A DNA stretch of 64,000 nt from assembly GCF_001194135.2 (NCBI RefSeq), contig NC_069000.1:7269559-7333558 (forward strand). Reading direction: 5' to 3'. Below are positions 1-14,000 of the stretch, one piece after another. Every line of letters starts with the position of its first letter. Position 1 is the stretch's first letter. The notes below the pieces were generated by a model. That model was given only the letters and a program-made list of their open reading frames with translations, did no database searches and was not told the origin of the DNA. A program made the position numbers and the translations under genes. This stretch comes from Octopus bimaculoides (Eukaryota).

Positions 1-2017
1 TCATCATCAGTTAACGTCCGCTTTCCATGCTAGCATGGGTTGGACGATTTGACTGAGGACTGGTAAACCAGATGGCTGCACAAGGCTCCAATCTGTTCTG
101 ATAAGGTTTCTACAGCTGGCTGTCCTTCCTAACGCCAACTACTCCGAGAGTGTAGTGACCATTGAAAACCACCACTTGCAGGGATTTTACTTGAGTCGTT
201 TCTCAGTTAATTCCAGTAAGACAGAATTTGTGCAGGCATGGCTGTGTAAAAAGCTTGCTTCCTAGCCACATCATATTGTTCAGTACCCCTGCATGGTATC
301 TTGGGAATGGATTTGGTAGAAGGAAACTGAAATATTTGTATATTAGCATGTGTGTATATCTGTGTTTGTTCCCCAGCACGACTTTACAACAAGTCTGGGT
401 TTGTTTATGCCCCCATAACCTAGCAGTTTGGCATAAGTGACTGATAGAATAAGTTCAGTCTTTTAAAAAAATAAGTATAGGGGTCAATTTCTTTCAACAA
501 AGACTCTTTGAGGGGCTGCTCCAGCATGGCTGTAGTCCAATGGTTGTAACAAGTAAACAATAAAAGATAGATCAAATAATGTTAGCATATTTCATACATA
601 ATTATGTAATTAATGTTACATATTAGTTTAACATTAGTTTCTGTTCTATCATGCAATTGTAATCAAAGCCAGTCTAGGTTATTGATTTCAGTAGTTAAAG
701 GGAGTGGTTTTTGCAAATCAAGTGGAATAACAAAAGACCTTTTTTTAGAGATTCACTGATCTGTTGGTAATTTTTTTTTACCGATATACACACATACACA
801 CAAAATTCCACAATTTGTGTCCTTCAAATTCCCATCACAAGTTATTGGCGCAGTCAAGCCTTTGGCCAGGTTCAAACTCAGAATTACGTGGTGACAAAAT
901 AAAGTTTTGGTTACACTACCATGTCTACACCCTCCCTGCTGAATAGTAACTGGTTCCTTCTTCAATTAATCAGCACTTACACACACACATTTATTCAATC
1001 TTTCATGTTAATACTTAATGTAATAAATATTAAAATAAAAAAATAAAAAGTTTTTTTTTTTTGTGTGTTCACTTCAGAGGATAATTCACGGTAATTGTTT
1101 TATTCAACCTAAAGATCACCACAAGTCCACATCTATGTCATTCGACTTCAATTTTTCACAAAGCACCTCACAACAGACATAAACGTACTCGACTCCACAC
1201 TGAACCAACTAATACCTGGTGTTGCCTGTTAGTCGTTCTGGGGAGTCCTGCGACAAAAGTTGGAGATCATTTATCATCACAGAGCAGCAGCAGCAGCAGG
1301 AATGGAAAAGGGTTTAGCAGAAAATGGGAAACAGAATGTGTTTATGTGGGGGGGGTGTGTGTGTGTGTGTGTGCATCTATGTGTGTGAGACAAAAGGAGA
1401 ATTACAAAAACATTAATAGCATTGCAATAGAGTTCAAATGGTTCAATTAAGTTGATTTTGATAATTTTTAATCAGTGGCTATGTTAATATAGCATTTGTA
1501 GATACGGTAGTGGAATAATCAGCAGATATTATATATATATATATATAAATACATATATATTATTATATATATAGACGCACACACTATATTAATCATGTAT
1601 ACATTATATATATTAGATGTATTAAGGAATATTAGTAACAAAGAAAAAAGTGATAAGGTTTTATTCCAGAAGCTGTGAATGTCCCAGTGTTAGAGATTAG
1701 AGGGGTGGGGGCGGGGATTTTAATTAATTAGTTGATGACGTAATTATGGAGGTATTTTAATTAGTTTTGTTTAGTAATACGGCAAAATATATTATTACGA
1801 GTAATTTCAGTTAAATAACACGTGATAGTTGAAAAACAAAAAAAACAAAAAAAAATTTAGGAGGAAATAAATAAATAAATAAAACGAAAGCAGTGAAATA
1901 TAGCAGTCTGATTAAGAGAGACATTCATTTTGCTTGCTTGCTATCAAAGATTTTTTGCTGCACTCCGATCAATAAAGAACTTCGTTTGTCTGTCTAGCAA
2001 GATGTCGAAGTTATTTG

Positions 2018-5000
2018 CTAGCGAAGATTAGTCGTGTCGACAGAGGCCTTTAGGAATATAGTGTCATCTTTCATGAAGGGATAAGACTCAACTTCTGTTT
2101 GTGGAATAAAGTCAGGGCAACCAGTTGCTATGTTATAGTCACTTGATGGTTTATGAAAGCTTTTGCTGTTTGGATCAGGTAGGAATCTGTCACTATAATT
2201 TTTTTCTCCACCAAATTGATCGAGTACGGTAAGCGTAACTTTGTGCTTGAAAGGCCATGTAAGGATGTTGTCGTATTCTCCCTTCATTATTGTGAAATAA
2301 AAAGATAGATGTGTTCCTTTCCCTATTCCATCACCGTTTAGATAGACTTTGGCACACATTTTATAACCATACTTACTACTATAAAATGGCTCACTATATA
2401 TGAAAGAGGTCTTTGATGTTTTCAGTGCTGATTTCCATCGGGAATAGTTGCTAATTTTCATGAGAACTTCAGCATCATAATTTGGATGTGTCACTGAAGT
2501 CAACTTGGAATTCATTTCTTCAATTCTCATGTCATGGAGACCAATTTGTCGATCAATTGATGTTACTTGAGTCAGGAGTTGATCTAGAAAAACATTAAAA
2601 TGAATTTGTTGACATGGTTGCCTTTTGCACACACACACACACACACACTCCACCTCTCTCATACACCACAAACCCAATCATACCTGCTTCTGCCCCACTG
2701 AACCCAGTTGTCCCCCCACCCTCTTTGCTCGCTTCCGCACTGAACCCAGTTGTTGCCTGCGTCTGCCCCCAAACCCAGTCATCCCCGACCCTGTCCCCAA
2801 ACCTACTTGTTGCCCACCTCTACCCGAACCTAGTCATTCTGACTTCCGCCCCAACCCATTTGTTCACACTCGCACTCTGACACACAGAAATGAAATGCAG
2901 AAACTATTAATAAGTAGAAAATGCAAAAAGCCGGTCATTCCAAGAACTCACCAATAAGAGTACTAAGGTTTTGGATTGTGGTCATGTCAGTTATGGATTC
3001 TTTACTTTTTAGAATTTGTACTTGTTTGTCTGTTCCTTCTTTCAGTCGTTGTAAATCTTGATCCAATACTATTAACTTTTCTGTCAAATTCACAAATTTT
3101 TTCTTATTTTCAAAGTTTGTGTTAGAATATTTTTGAAACTCAGTTTCTATAGAAGAGAAACTGAATTCTACAGATTTTAAATCTTCTTCTGTCCGAGCCA
3201 CCACTTTGTCTAAGTTTTCCAAACGCTGACAAGTACGGGAATAATCCTGAAAATATGAAGAAACATTCAATAAGACAGTTTAAAGAGAAAACAAGATCAA
3301 ACTATCTTATCTCAACACTGGAACATTCAACAATCTCACTTAGGTGTTGGCAAAATGTCAACACACACAGCGATTCAAGAATTCTTTGGATCATTTCAAT
3401 AATACAGAAATATTTTCAGTTACAATTTTGTGCTGGTGGCATGTAAAAAGCATCATTTGAGCGTGGTCAATCCCAGTGCTGGCTGACTGGTCCTGTGCCA
3501 ATGACACATAAAAAGCACCATTCAGGCATGGTCGTTGCCAGTGCCGCCTGACTGGCTCCTGTGCCAGTGGTACGTAAAAAGTACCATTCAAGCATGGTCG
3601 ATGCCAGTCCTGCCTGACTGGTCCTTGTGCCGGTGGCATGTAAAAAGCACCAACTATACTCTTGTAGTGGTTGGCGTTAGGAAGGGCATCCAGCTGTGGA
3701 AACTTTGCCAGATCAGATAGGAGCCTGGTGCAGCCTTCTGGTTTGCCAGTCCTCAGTCAAACCATCCAACCCATGCCAGCATGGAAAGCAGATGTTAAAC
3801 GACAATGATGATGATGATGATGACTATCTTTGTTACTTTGTTTGTGCTTGTCCTTTGAGTGTATGCATATACAGTACATCTGCATTAACTATGGTATACA
3901 GAATAGTTATACACACACCCACACATAATGTATACATACACTGGCATTGAGAAGGGCATCCAGCCATAGAAAGCAAGCCAAATCAGACTGGAATCTGGTG
4001 CAGCTCTCCAGCTGACCAGCTCCAGTCAAACCATCCAACCCATACCAGCGTGGAAAACAGACGTTAAAGGATGGTGATGATGATAAGCCTCTATCTAGTT
4101 CCAATCAACCAAATTTACTTACGAGGCATTGGATAGATAAAGTTGCAGAAGGAGACACTTGCTGAAGGTATTAAGCATTAGGATTGAGCCAAAACCTTGT
4201 GACTGCGAAGTGAACACACACATGTATATATGTGTATGTGTGTGTGTGTGTCGTTTTATATACTTTATAAACACATGACAAAACATTTATTGCCCCCAAA
4301 AATAAACAAAATGAGAAAGGCAAATATGGTACGGAAACGAAAATGAAACTATTGAAGAAAAAAAGCAGGTGGAAGCGGATGTCTGATGATGATGATGATT
4401 CGGCAAATGATATAGAAACGAGTGTGAGAGTGTAAAACGAAGATAGATATACAGAATTATGAACTTTTATATCTTGGCTAAGATTCGTAATGGTGGTATC
4501 CATTTCGGTTATATGTCGGGCCATCATTTCAAGATGGATGTTACAGCTGGCATTTTGGTGATCCTTCATTTCCGTTTCATTGCCCTGAAAATAGAAAAAA
4601 GAACAAAAAAACAATAGAATCAACAATAACAACAGAATGGATTTTTGTTGTTATCTGTTGACCCTGTTGACATCTCTCTCCTGCAGGTGAATCACATCTC
4701 AGTCATTTAACACCAACAGCCATCCAATGGTTGAAGAAGACATCTAAGAGAAAGAGAACAGGGTATTGAAACAGATACTACTGACAAGAATATAGCAGCA
4801 TAAAAGTGGAGGTGTGTGGCTCAGTGGTTAGAGTATTCAGCTCACAAGTTCAATTCCCAGTGGCACTTCTATCCTAGAGTAAAACAATTTATTTCACGTT
4901 GCTCCAGTCCGCTCAGCAGACAAATATAAATAGTAACTGTAATTCAAAGGGCTGGCCTTGTTACATTTTGTGTCATGCTGAATCTCCCTGGGAACTACTT

Positions 5001-8000
5001 TACAGGTACACATGTCTGTGGAGTGCTCAGCCACTTGCAAGTTAATTTCACAAGCAGGATTTTCCACTGATCAAATCAACTAGAACACTTGTCATAATCA
5101 ACATAGTGCCAGTTAGTTTAGCAGCGCCATATAAACAATTCCAAAGACTCAGTTTTCACCAATGAAACAATGTTTTCTTATAAGAATGGAATGGAACAGA
5201 TTAGTGAAAACCGTTGAACAGATTAACATTTTTGATATCAACCTGCCTGGAACCACCCCTGGTTCTAGGATGCAAACTGCTTATTTTTAAATGAGCTGAA
5301 GGAAAACCTTCCATCAAAATTTCAAGTTAATCTAAGTTCTAAACACCAGTATAACAATGACAGAGTTATTTTGATTAAATGAAACAAAGGCAGTATAATA
5401 TTTCAAAATAAATATGAGAACAAAAGGGGTCAATGGGAATAAAGAATGGATTAATGCATTTAGATGTAGACAAATGTAAAACTGTTTCCTCTATAGGAGC
5501 AGACATTTGGTCTGCAGTGGACTACGAGGCATACCATGAAGATTTCACTGTAGAAAATAAAAAGTCTTTAGTCTGAATCCTAACTGACATTATTCAGTTT
5601 AGTGAGCCACTCAACTATTTGCAATTCAATCAAACTCAGCAATGCCAAGTCAATAGATCAGTTATTAATTCCACAGCTGACATCCCCAGTATCTTTTTAA
5701 ACCAGTGGATCTAAACCGGGGTCGATATGGCCCTTAGGGGTCCATATGAGACTTTGTTGTAAAAAGTTATGTGCAATAAATTGGTTATACTTCTGCAATA
5801 CACAAAAGAGTTTTTTAAATTTTTTAAAAATAGTTTCAGCTGAGAGCTGCGGCCATGCTGATATACCGCCGTTAGAGAGTACAGCAGGGTTCACCACCAC
5901 ACCCTGCCAGAGCCTCGTGGAGCTTTAGGTATTTTCGCTCAATAAACACTCACAATGCCCGGGCTGGGAATCGAAACCGCGATCTTACGACCGCAAGTCC
6001 GGAGCCCTAACCACTGGGCCAGTTTAATAATTATTTTTATAGAATCCCTAACAATATTTAATTATAAAAGTTCAACAGGATTTTTTAAACATCAAATGGC
6101 AATGATGGTCCACTCGAGTAAAATATGAATAAAAAAGGGGTCCATAGCCAAAAAAAGGTTGAGAACCACTGATTTAGACCAAGGTGGACTTTGCTGTTGA
6201 GTTCTCAGTGTGTTGGATCATAGACAAAGCAATGCTGTTGATATGAACTGGTGCTATTCACAAGTTGTAACCAAACATGAAGGTTTGATGGTTTTATCAA
6301 GAACCAGAAGAAACTAGAGATGGCCTGTGTCGGAAATTTCAAAAAGTGGAATAAATTTTGAAGAAAGATAAGAAGTCAGATATGTTAGAAGAGATGAGAG
6401 TGATGACAATAATTAAGATTTTAATGAAACAAAGATAAAAGCCACTTACTGTGAATTTACATCCAAAATTCTTAAATAAACAGTCTTTTGGTACTTCAGC
6501 ACATTCTTTCCAATGAGCAGACAACTGCAAGGTTAAAAATTATTATTATTATATCCATAAGTTATACAGAAATAAAAAAATAGAAGGGTGCCATATATAA
6601 TCTTAACAAAAAATGAAGCAGACTGACATGTAATTTTTGAACCTGTGGAAAGCATGCCAGATGCCGAAATATCATTCAACCAATTTCACATGATAACTAT
6701 GGCACTCTTCTGTTTATTATTATTATTATTATTATTATTAAAATTTTGGCACAAGGCCAGCAATTTCAGGGTAGGGGAATAAGTCAAATACGTCAACCCA
6801 GTACTCAACTAGTATTTATTTATTTCATCAACCCAGAAAGGATGAAAGGCAAAGTCAACCGTGGCAAACTTTAAACACAGAACATAGTGACAGACAAAAT
6901 ACCAGGCAAAATGCTTAGAGGTATTTCATGTCTTTGTGTTCTGAGTTCAAATTCAGCCAAGGTCAACTTTGCCTTTCATCCTTTCAGGGTCGATAAATTG
7001 AGTACCAGTTGCGTACTGGAGTCGATTTAAGCAGCTAGCCCCCTGCCAAATTTCAGGCCTTGTGCCTTTAGTAGAAAGGATTATTATAATTGTTATTGTT
7101 GTTTTTATCCCTACCTGAGATTGAACACACTCCTTTTGGCAATAATCACACGATACCATCTTATTTAGACATTCCTCAGCATGTGACTGCAACAGAAAGG
7201 TTAGAGTTGATTTCAAGGTTTTCATAAAGATGAAAAAAATTTATAGTCATGTAAATAAATTAAAAACAATCAATATATTAGTAGCAAAAAAATGGCCACA
7301 ATGTTCCCAGCATTGGTTGAAAGTGGTCAAGGGTTAAAAGTAGTGTTAGATCATGCGAGAGGTCAACTGGTGGTGTTAGACTGTAAGACAGATCAGCCAA
7401 TAGTGTTAGAATGTGAGACAGGTCAGGTGATGGAGTTAGAATGTGATATAGACCAGCTGGTGGTGTTAGGCAATGCGACAGGTCAACCAGAAGTATCAGA
7501 CCATGAGACAGGTCAACTAGTGGTGTTAGACCATGATACAGGTTAGCTAGTGGTGTTAGAATGTAAGACAGGTCAGCCGGTGATGTTAGACCATGAGATA
7601 GGTCAGCAAGTGGTGTTAGACTGTGAGACAGATCAGCAAGTGGTGCTAGACCGTGAGACAGGTCAGTTGGTTGTGTTAGACCATGCAACAGGTCAGACTG
7701 TGACAGGTCAGCTGGTGATGTCAGACCATGCGACAGGTCAGCCTGTAGTTTTAGAATGTGAGACAAGTCAGCTGGTTCCGTGAGAATGTGAGAAAAGCCT
7801 GCCAGTGAGACAAGTCTGCCAGAACAAGACAGGCCAGCTGGTGGTGTCAGACCGTGAGACAGGGCAGCCAGTGGTGTTGGATCATGTGACAGTTTATGTG
7901 GTATGTTAGACCATGTGACAGGTCAGCTTGGAGTGTTAAACTATGTATCACTATGAATTTTTGAAAATATCGAAACCTAATTGCTACTGAACTTCTTTTA

Positions 8001-11000
8001 GCATCCATAAAGAAACATTTTGATGCCTCATTTGTGAAATTTGGATGAATATTTTAGGAAGTATGATAATTTGAATGGTTAGCAAAATGGTTGAAATTTT
8101 GCTTAATTAATCTGTATAGTAGCCATATTGGTGATGTCATATCTTTGAAACTGAAGTGATTTTTCTTCAAATTACACAAATTAATAGTATCCATGGTAGA
8201 GCACTTACCTATGCTTTTTCAGGTTCTTAAAAATGAAACTTATTTTGTCATTTTTTTTTAATATTTAGGTAATCCACTCTGTGGAGTAGTTGGTGTTAGG
8301 AATGGCATCCAGCCATAAAATCCCTGCCAAAACAGACACAGTAACCTGGGATAGTCTTCTACCTGGTCATCTCCTGTCAGCCATCCTACTCATGCATGCA
8401 TGGAAGACCGGCACTATACGATGATGATGAAGTAAAGCCTATTTTCTTACATGTAACAAATAGTCAATTTTGTGGTGTCTTCAGACCCACCTAAATCCAA
8501 AAGTACAAACTACAGCGACTGGCACATTTGTAGTTGGTATAGAACTAAATAAATCCTGATATCTTGGAACACTTCAATAAAATTTTAACAAACTGTTAAA
8601 AATGGGTATAAATGGCAGGGTTTCAGATCAGGGCAGCCAGATAAGTTGGATTTCCTTCCTTTGACAGGGATTTTTTCACCACAGCCTTGTAGAGCTCTGT
8701 AGAAGAGATGACTTGCACAGTTTGACCACACAAAAAAGCCCATTTTTTTTGCTTCATCATTTTCATGTCAAAATACATTTCTTAAAATCCTACACTTACC
8801 TATGATGTCAGGGTCCCTCAAACACCCTGGTATTTCCACCCATTCACAAAGTTTGCCTGGATTTTTTTTTTTTTTTTTACTGTTGAACAGTAGCCCTCGA
8901 TTTAGTTCAATGCACTGGAGCACATAACTGAAGTTGTGTTGAAAATAGTCATGAAGAGGACTGATTCTGCTTTATTTGATATAAAAATTGATGGAGGTAG
9001 GTAAGGTAATCATTACGAAATATAAAATTTAAAATTTTATCATTAATTTTCAATTACAAAAAAACATTTTCTTCAAAGTTTTTTTATACCATTAGAAAGA
9101 AAAATTTCTCATGAATTCAATATGGTCATTGCCAAATATGGCCATGATTCAGTTCATATATCTGCCATTCATAAATGGTAATATTGAACACCTTTGTTAG
9201 TTGCCATTCCCTTACTCTACACCTGCATAATCAATACAAAAAAATGATTAATACAATTAATCTCAGTAAATTTGAAGAATTGGAAATGTGCCTTTCTACT
9301 GTAAAAGATCTGCATAGAAAAAGAGAAAAACAATGTTAGAGAGCAGAAATCATAGATCTATATATTATAATCATTTACAAGCAATCAGCCATTACCGAGT
9401 TACTAATATCTATTTTCATCCAACACATTTGAAATCTGCAAAGAACAAAAATAAATTAGATGCTAAATCCACATGCATCAAAACAACGTAGACGATCATC
9501 AACAGCAAAATCTTTAACTTATATTTTTTGCACCTGCCCTAAAAGCTATACAAATAAAAGCTATAAATTAGTCAAAAGAATCAAAGCCTTTCTTGTTCTC
9601 TCTTTCCTTCTTTATACCTGTAAATAAGAATTTGATTGAAATAAAGAAATAAAAGCACAACAATGGCTGAATGACACTCAACAATTTATGTGTGATAATG
9701 GCATGATCTAAAATCCTGGATTCATCAATCAAATGTCACAGTTATTCATCATAAAGACGAAATCAATGTGATCAACCTTGTACAGGTGTATCAATAAAGT
9801 CTGTTTTGAGTGGATTTCAAAAAATAGTGACCTGTTAACTTGGAGGAAAAGATTTAATTAAATGCTGTCAAAAGACTTGGTAAAGTATATACTATATCTT
9901 TTGTAGACTTGTTGTAGATAATCCCTTTCAGGAACCACCCAGGTATGGCCATTTGGATAAATCGCATCAAAACCACATGCGAAAATGAATTCCTTGTTAC
10001 CTGTGTCAACATCTTCCACAAAGAACTAGTGTTAAGCATTCTCATGCCCATAGCTCATAAACTAAATAACTATTCCTTCAGAAGCAATTACTTCAATGAC
10101 ACTATACCAATAAACCAATCTGATTCATTAACTACAGCAACCCATTCCACCTCGTTATTGAAATTAAATGATGGCTCGTTGGTTATTGAGTCTGATGATA
10201 ATACGTTTGCTCTGCTTGATTTTTCTTTCATCCTTTTTTTACTGCTAGGTTCAGCATACGGATCTCTTTTTACTAGATAACTGACTGGGCATGACAGGTC
10301 TCTCTAGTATATGTTGTAATATACCAAGCACAGCTTTCGAGTCTTGAACTAACTCATCCAAGTTTTTTCTCTTTTTTTTTACCATACACTAAGCACTTAC
10401 TAAGGACACCAAGAACGGCTTCCAAATATATCTCATCTCATTTCTTACCCCTGCCAGTGAAAACACTGATAGATTTATTATAGACATAAGAACATTGACG
10501 TCAGTTGAAGTGACACATGAGCCACCATGTTCTCTTACAGCATCCACCAATGGTTTTGTTTCTTCTTGTTTGGAAGCTTCTTCCATTTCTCTCTTCATTT
10601 TCATTCTTTGAGTCTATCCTCTACTCTATACACCACCACCCTCTGTCCAAATGTGTCCAACAGTTCCAACAAGATGCCCCAAGTGATGCGCCAATCATAT
10701 GGGATGTATGTGCCATTGAAGGATCATCTAGTGATGTTAGCCACTGGACACTGATCCTGCAGGAAAAGTGAAAAAAAAAATATCATAGAACATGCTAAAT
10801 TATAACAATAGTATATCACAATAACATGTAAGAACAGGTTCTATTATTTGAACTCGTAAGAAGCACTACATGTCCATTTTTACGTTCCTTCGCTTGATAA
10901 TTTATTTCATTTTCAGCAAAAAATAGAAACATAAATGTACATGACAAAACATTAAGTCACATACATACTGAGAATAAATACATTCATTGGGCCTCACAGA

Positions 11001-14000
11001 GGCAATATGGCCAATGCAGGTATCACATTACTAGCACCCAGGCTGGTGGCAGGTAAAACCACCTTTTGAGCACTGGGCCTCATGGAGGCGATGACAAATG
11101 ACCGAGACTTTTGGCAATATGCTGTGCTTGAGAAGACCCCCATCAAGCCAAGTGAAATTGTAGTCATGGTAGATATTGGTGTCATGCACATGGCACCCAT
11201 GCTGGTGGCACGTAAAAGCACCCACTTCACTCTTGGAGTGTTGGCATTAGGAAGGGCATCCAGCCGTAGAAACCATGCCAAATCAGACTGCAGTCTGGTG
11301 CAGCCCTTCAGCCCTGGTCAAACTGTCCAACCAATGTCAACATGGACAACAGACATTAAATGATGATGATGGTTGGCCAAATCAACGTAATAGAAAATGA
11401 AAAGAGAGGAATTAAGATAAGGCCTGGTAAGCCTTGTGTGTGGAAGTTCCTCAAAACAAAAAATATTATTTTGATTTATTGGTCAGTGTAAGTATTCAAT
11501 TTTATACGAGATGGGAGCATGAAAAAAAATCATGACACATTCTATCACACAAACAATCACATGCATAAAGCATGAAGTATGGCAACAGTAATTTAAAGTT
11601 AAATATCATCTACATTAAAGAAAAGAAAATAAGTGCAAAAATATAATCAATTAAAAAGAGACAGCAAAATCTTACCTATGAAATCAAGATGACTTCTTCA
11701 AAGAAAAGTGTGAAGGCAGCATGTCTTGATTGAAGATACAACCTTCAGAGTTGTTTCAATGAGAAAATAGCACTTTGATCCCAGGTAATTGGGAAAAATC
11801 ACCTGGGATCATCCCGAGTGGTAAAATTGTAGGAGAATCTTGTTAGTAGGAGGAAGATTGGATAGAGATTTCTTCCTGCCATGCCCTGTACTAAGGAACA
11901 CACTCCTCAAGAGCTTAAAAAGTTCAGCAGCTATTGTATTAAGAACAATGAGAATAAGATACTAGAATAATCCCTTTAAGGTAAATTTTAGTTGTACTAA
12001 AAATATATGTATATACTAACTGTGTATCCCAACATTGCTGGGTAATTTTCACTAACTTTAGCGGACTTTTCATCATCATCATCATCATCATCGTTTAACG
12101 TCCGATTTCCATGCTAGCATGGGTTGGACGATTTGACTGAGGACTGGTGAAACCGGATGGCAACACCAGGCTCCAATCTAATTTGGCAGAGTTTCTACAG
12201 CTGGATGCCCTTCCTAACGCCAACCACTCAGAGAGTGTAGTGGGTGCTTTTACGTGTCACCCGCACGAAAACGGCTACGCTCGAAATGGTGTCTTTTATG
12301 TGCCAGCCGCACAAGAGCCAGTCCAGGGGCACTGGCAACGATCTCGCTCGAGAACCCTACAAGGCCAGTCANNNNNNNNNNNNNNNNNNNNNNNNNNNNN
12401 NNNNNNNNNNNNNNNNNNNNNNNNNNNNNNNNNNNNNNNNNNNNNNNNNNNNNNNNNNNNNNNNNNNNNNNNNNNNNNNNNNNNNNNNNNNNNNNNNNNN
12501 NNNNNNNNNNNNNNNNNNNNNNNNNNNNNNNNNNNNNNNNNNNNNNNNNNNNNNNNNNNNNNNNNNNNNNNNNNNNNNNNNNNNNNNNNNNNNNNNNNNN
12601 NNNNNNNNNNNNNNNNNNNNNNNNNNNNNNNNNNNNNNNNNNNNNNNNNNNNNNNNNNNNNNNNNNNNNNNNNNNNNNNNNNNNNNNNNNNNNNNNNNNN
12701 NNNNNNNNNNNNNNNNNNNNNNNNNNNNNNNNNNNNNNNNNNNNNNNNNNNNNNNNNNNNNNNNNNNNNNNNNNNNNNNNNNNNNNNNNNNNNNNNNNNN
12801 NNNNNNNNNNNNNNNNNNNNNNNNNNNNNNNNNNNNNNNNNNNNNNNNNNNNNNNNNNNNNNNNNNNNNNNNNNNNNNNNNNNNNNNNNNNNNNNNNNNN
12901 NNNNNNNNNNNNNNNNNNNNNNNNNNNNNNNNNNNNNNNNNNNNNNNNNNNNNNNNNNNNNNNNNNNNNNNNNNNNNNNNNNNNNNNNNNNNNNNNNNNN
13001 NNNNNNNNNNNNNNNNNNNNNNNNNNNNNNNNNNNNNNNNNNNNNNNNNNNNNNNNNNNNNNNNNNNNNNNNNNNNNNNNNNNATCTTTTTCACCACAGC
13101 TTTGCAGATGATGGGAGAAAGCTTTTTACAAAAAACAATTTTTGAAAATTTATGAATTCCCCCTCCCCTGCCTTCCAAACCAATTTAGCCCAAATTCTTT
13201 TATGTACTACATACTTAAAATGATGGGATAATCCTTTCCAGTTCAAAAACGAATGTTTAGAAAATTTATCAATTGTATCCACTACCCAACTTACCCAATA
13301 CCAGTATTGGCCAATGTTTTTTTTTTTTTGCCCTACACACTTAAAAACAATGGGAGAAGCCTTGAAGATTAAAAAAGAAGATTTTGATAAAATGTAATTT
13401 CAAAAGAAAGAGAGGGAGATCTCTGTTGCTGTCACAAATTTTAAAATGTTTAAATTAAGTGAAAATTTTCAAATTTAGTTTATTGATGTACTTTTTCATG
13501 CTAAATCCAAGTTTGCGATTCAATTATTCCAGAAAAGTTTTAGAAAAATTCTACGGAAACTTAAAGTTAGATCATTAGGTAACAAAAGGAAAGTTATGAG
13601 TGAGAATTAATACATATACAAAGAGAGGGAGTGACAAAGTGTATGATGAATATATAGAGAGATAGATTGATGGTGATAGACAGAAAGTGGGAGAATAGTC
13701 AATCTAAAAGTTGAGTTATTTCTTGTAGCAAATTATATATATATTTTATTATTATTTATGAATGACATTGTCTGTAGGACACAGATTTCGAAAATGAAAT
13801 TCGTTTTCCTCAAAGATGCACCATTCCAGAGCCTTTTTGGGTTAAACATTCATACATAACCATATATATTAACATTTCTATAATAGATATATAATAATGA
13901 GCCAACAGTAAGCCAGTGACTAGGCTTGGAAGTTAACCAAAATGTTACCAACAGTCTTGTTACAAAGAGTAGTCTTTATCAATAAGATTATTCAATTCTA

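Noticed and set aside
753-1330. Minus ORF 753-965 and a plus-strand acceptor-like site at 1077
   Set aside because: No recognisable domain or paired splice sites; consistent with TRAF 3' UTR or intergenic sequence.
2614-2957. Proline-rich plus-strand ORFs
   Set aside because: They are antisense translations of a C-rich minisatellite and (CA)n in a TRAF intron.
4680-4743. Strong minus-strand acceptor at 4744 upstream of TRAF exon 6
   Set aside because: There is no convincing donor and a stop follows after 14 codons; the flanking exons join directly as GCKFT-GNETE.
5940-6020. tRNA-like sequences here and at 37927, 46222 and 55487
   Set aside because: Each continues into a multi-copy SINE body and lacks a complete cloverleaf; these are SINE heads, not tRNA genes.
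7278-7783. Repetitive ORFs ([10 protein letters not shown] on minus, [10 protein letters not shown] on plus)
   Set aside because: They arise from a 30-bp unit that lacks stops in some frames. There are no flanking splice sites, and the TRAF exons join in frame without them.
11776-11811. 11-bp perfect inverted repeat TGATCCCAGGT / ACCTGGGATCA
   Set aside because: It is isolated and short, lies within decayed transposon sequence, and has no other support.
12147-13178. Long ORFs (269-332 aa) in the supplied track, and similar ones at 26467-27115, 42135-42690, 55958-56435 and 57392-57967
   Set aside because: They are runs of X across assembly N-gaps, not coding sequence.
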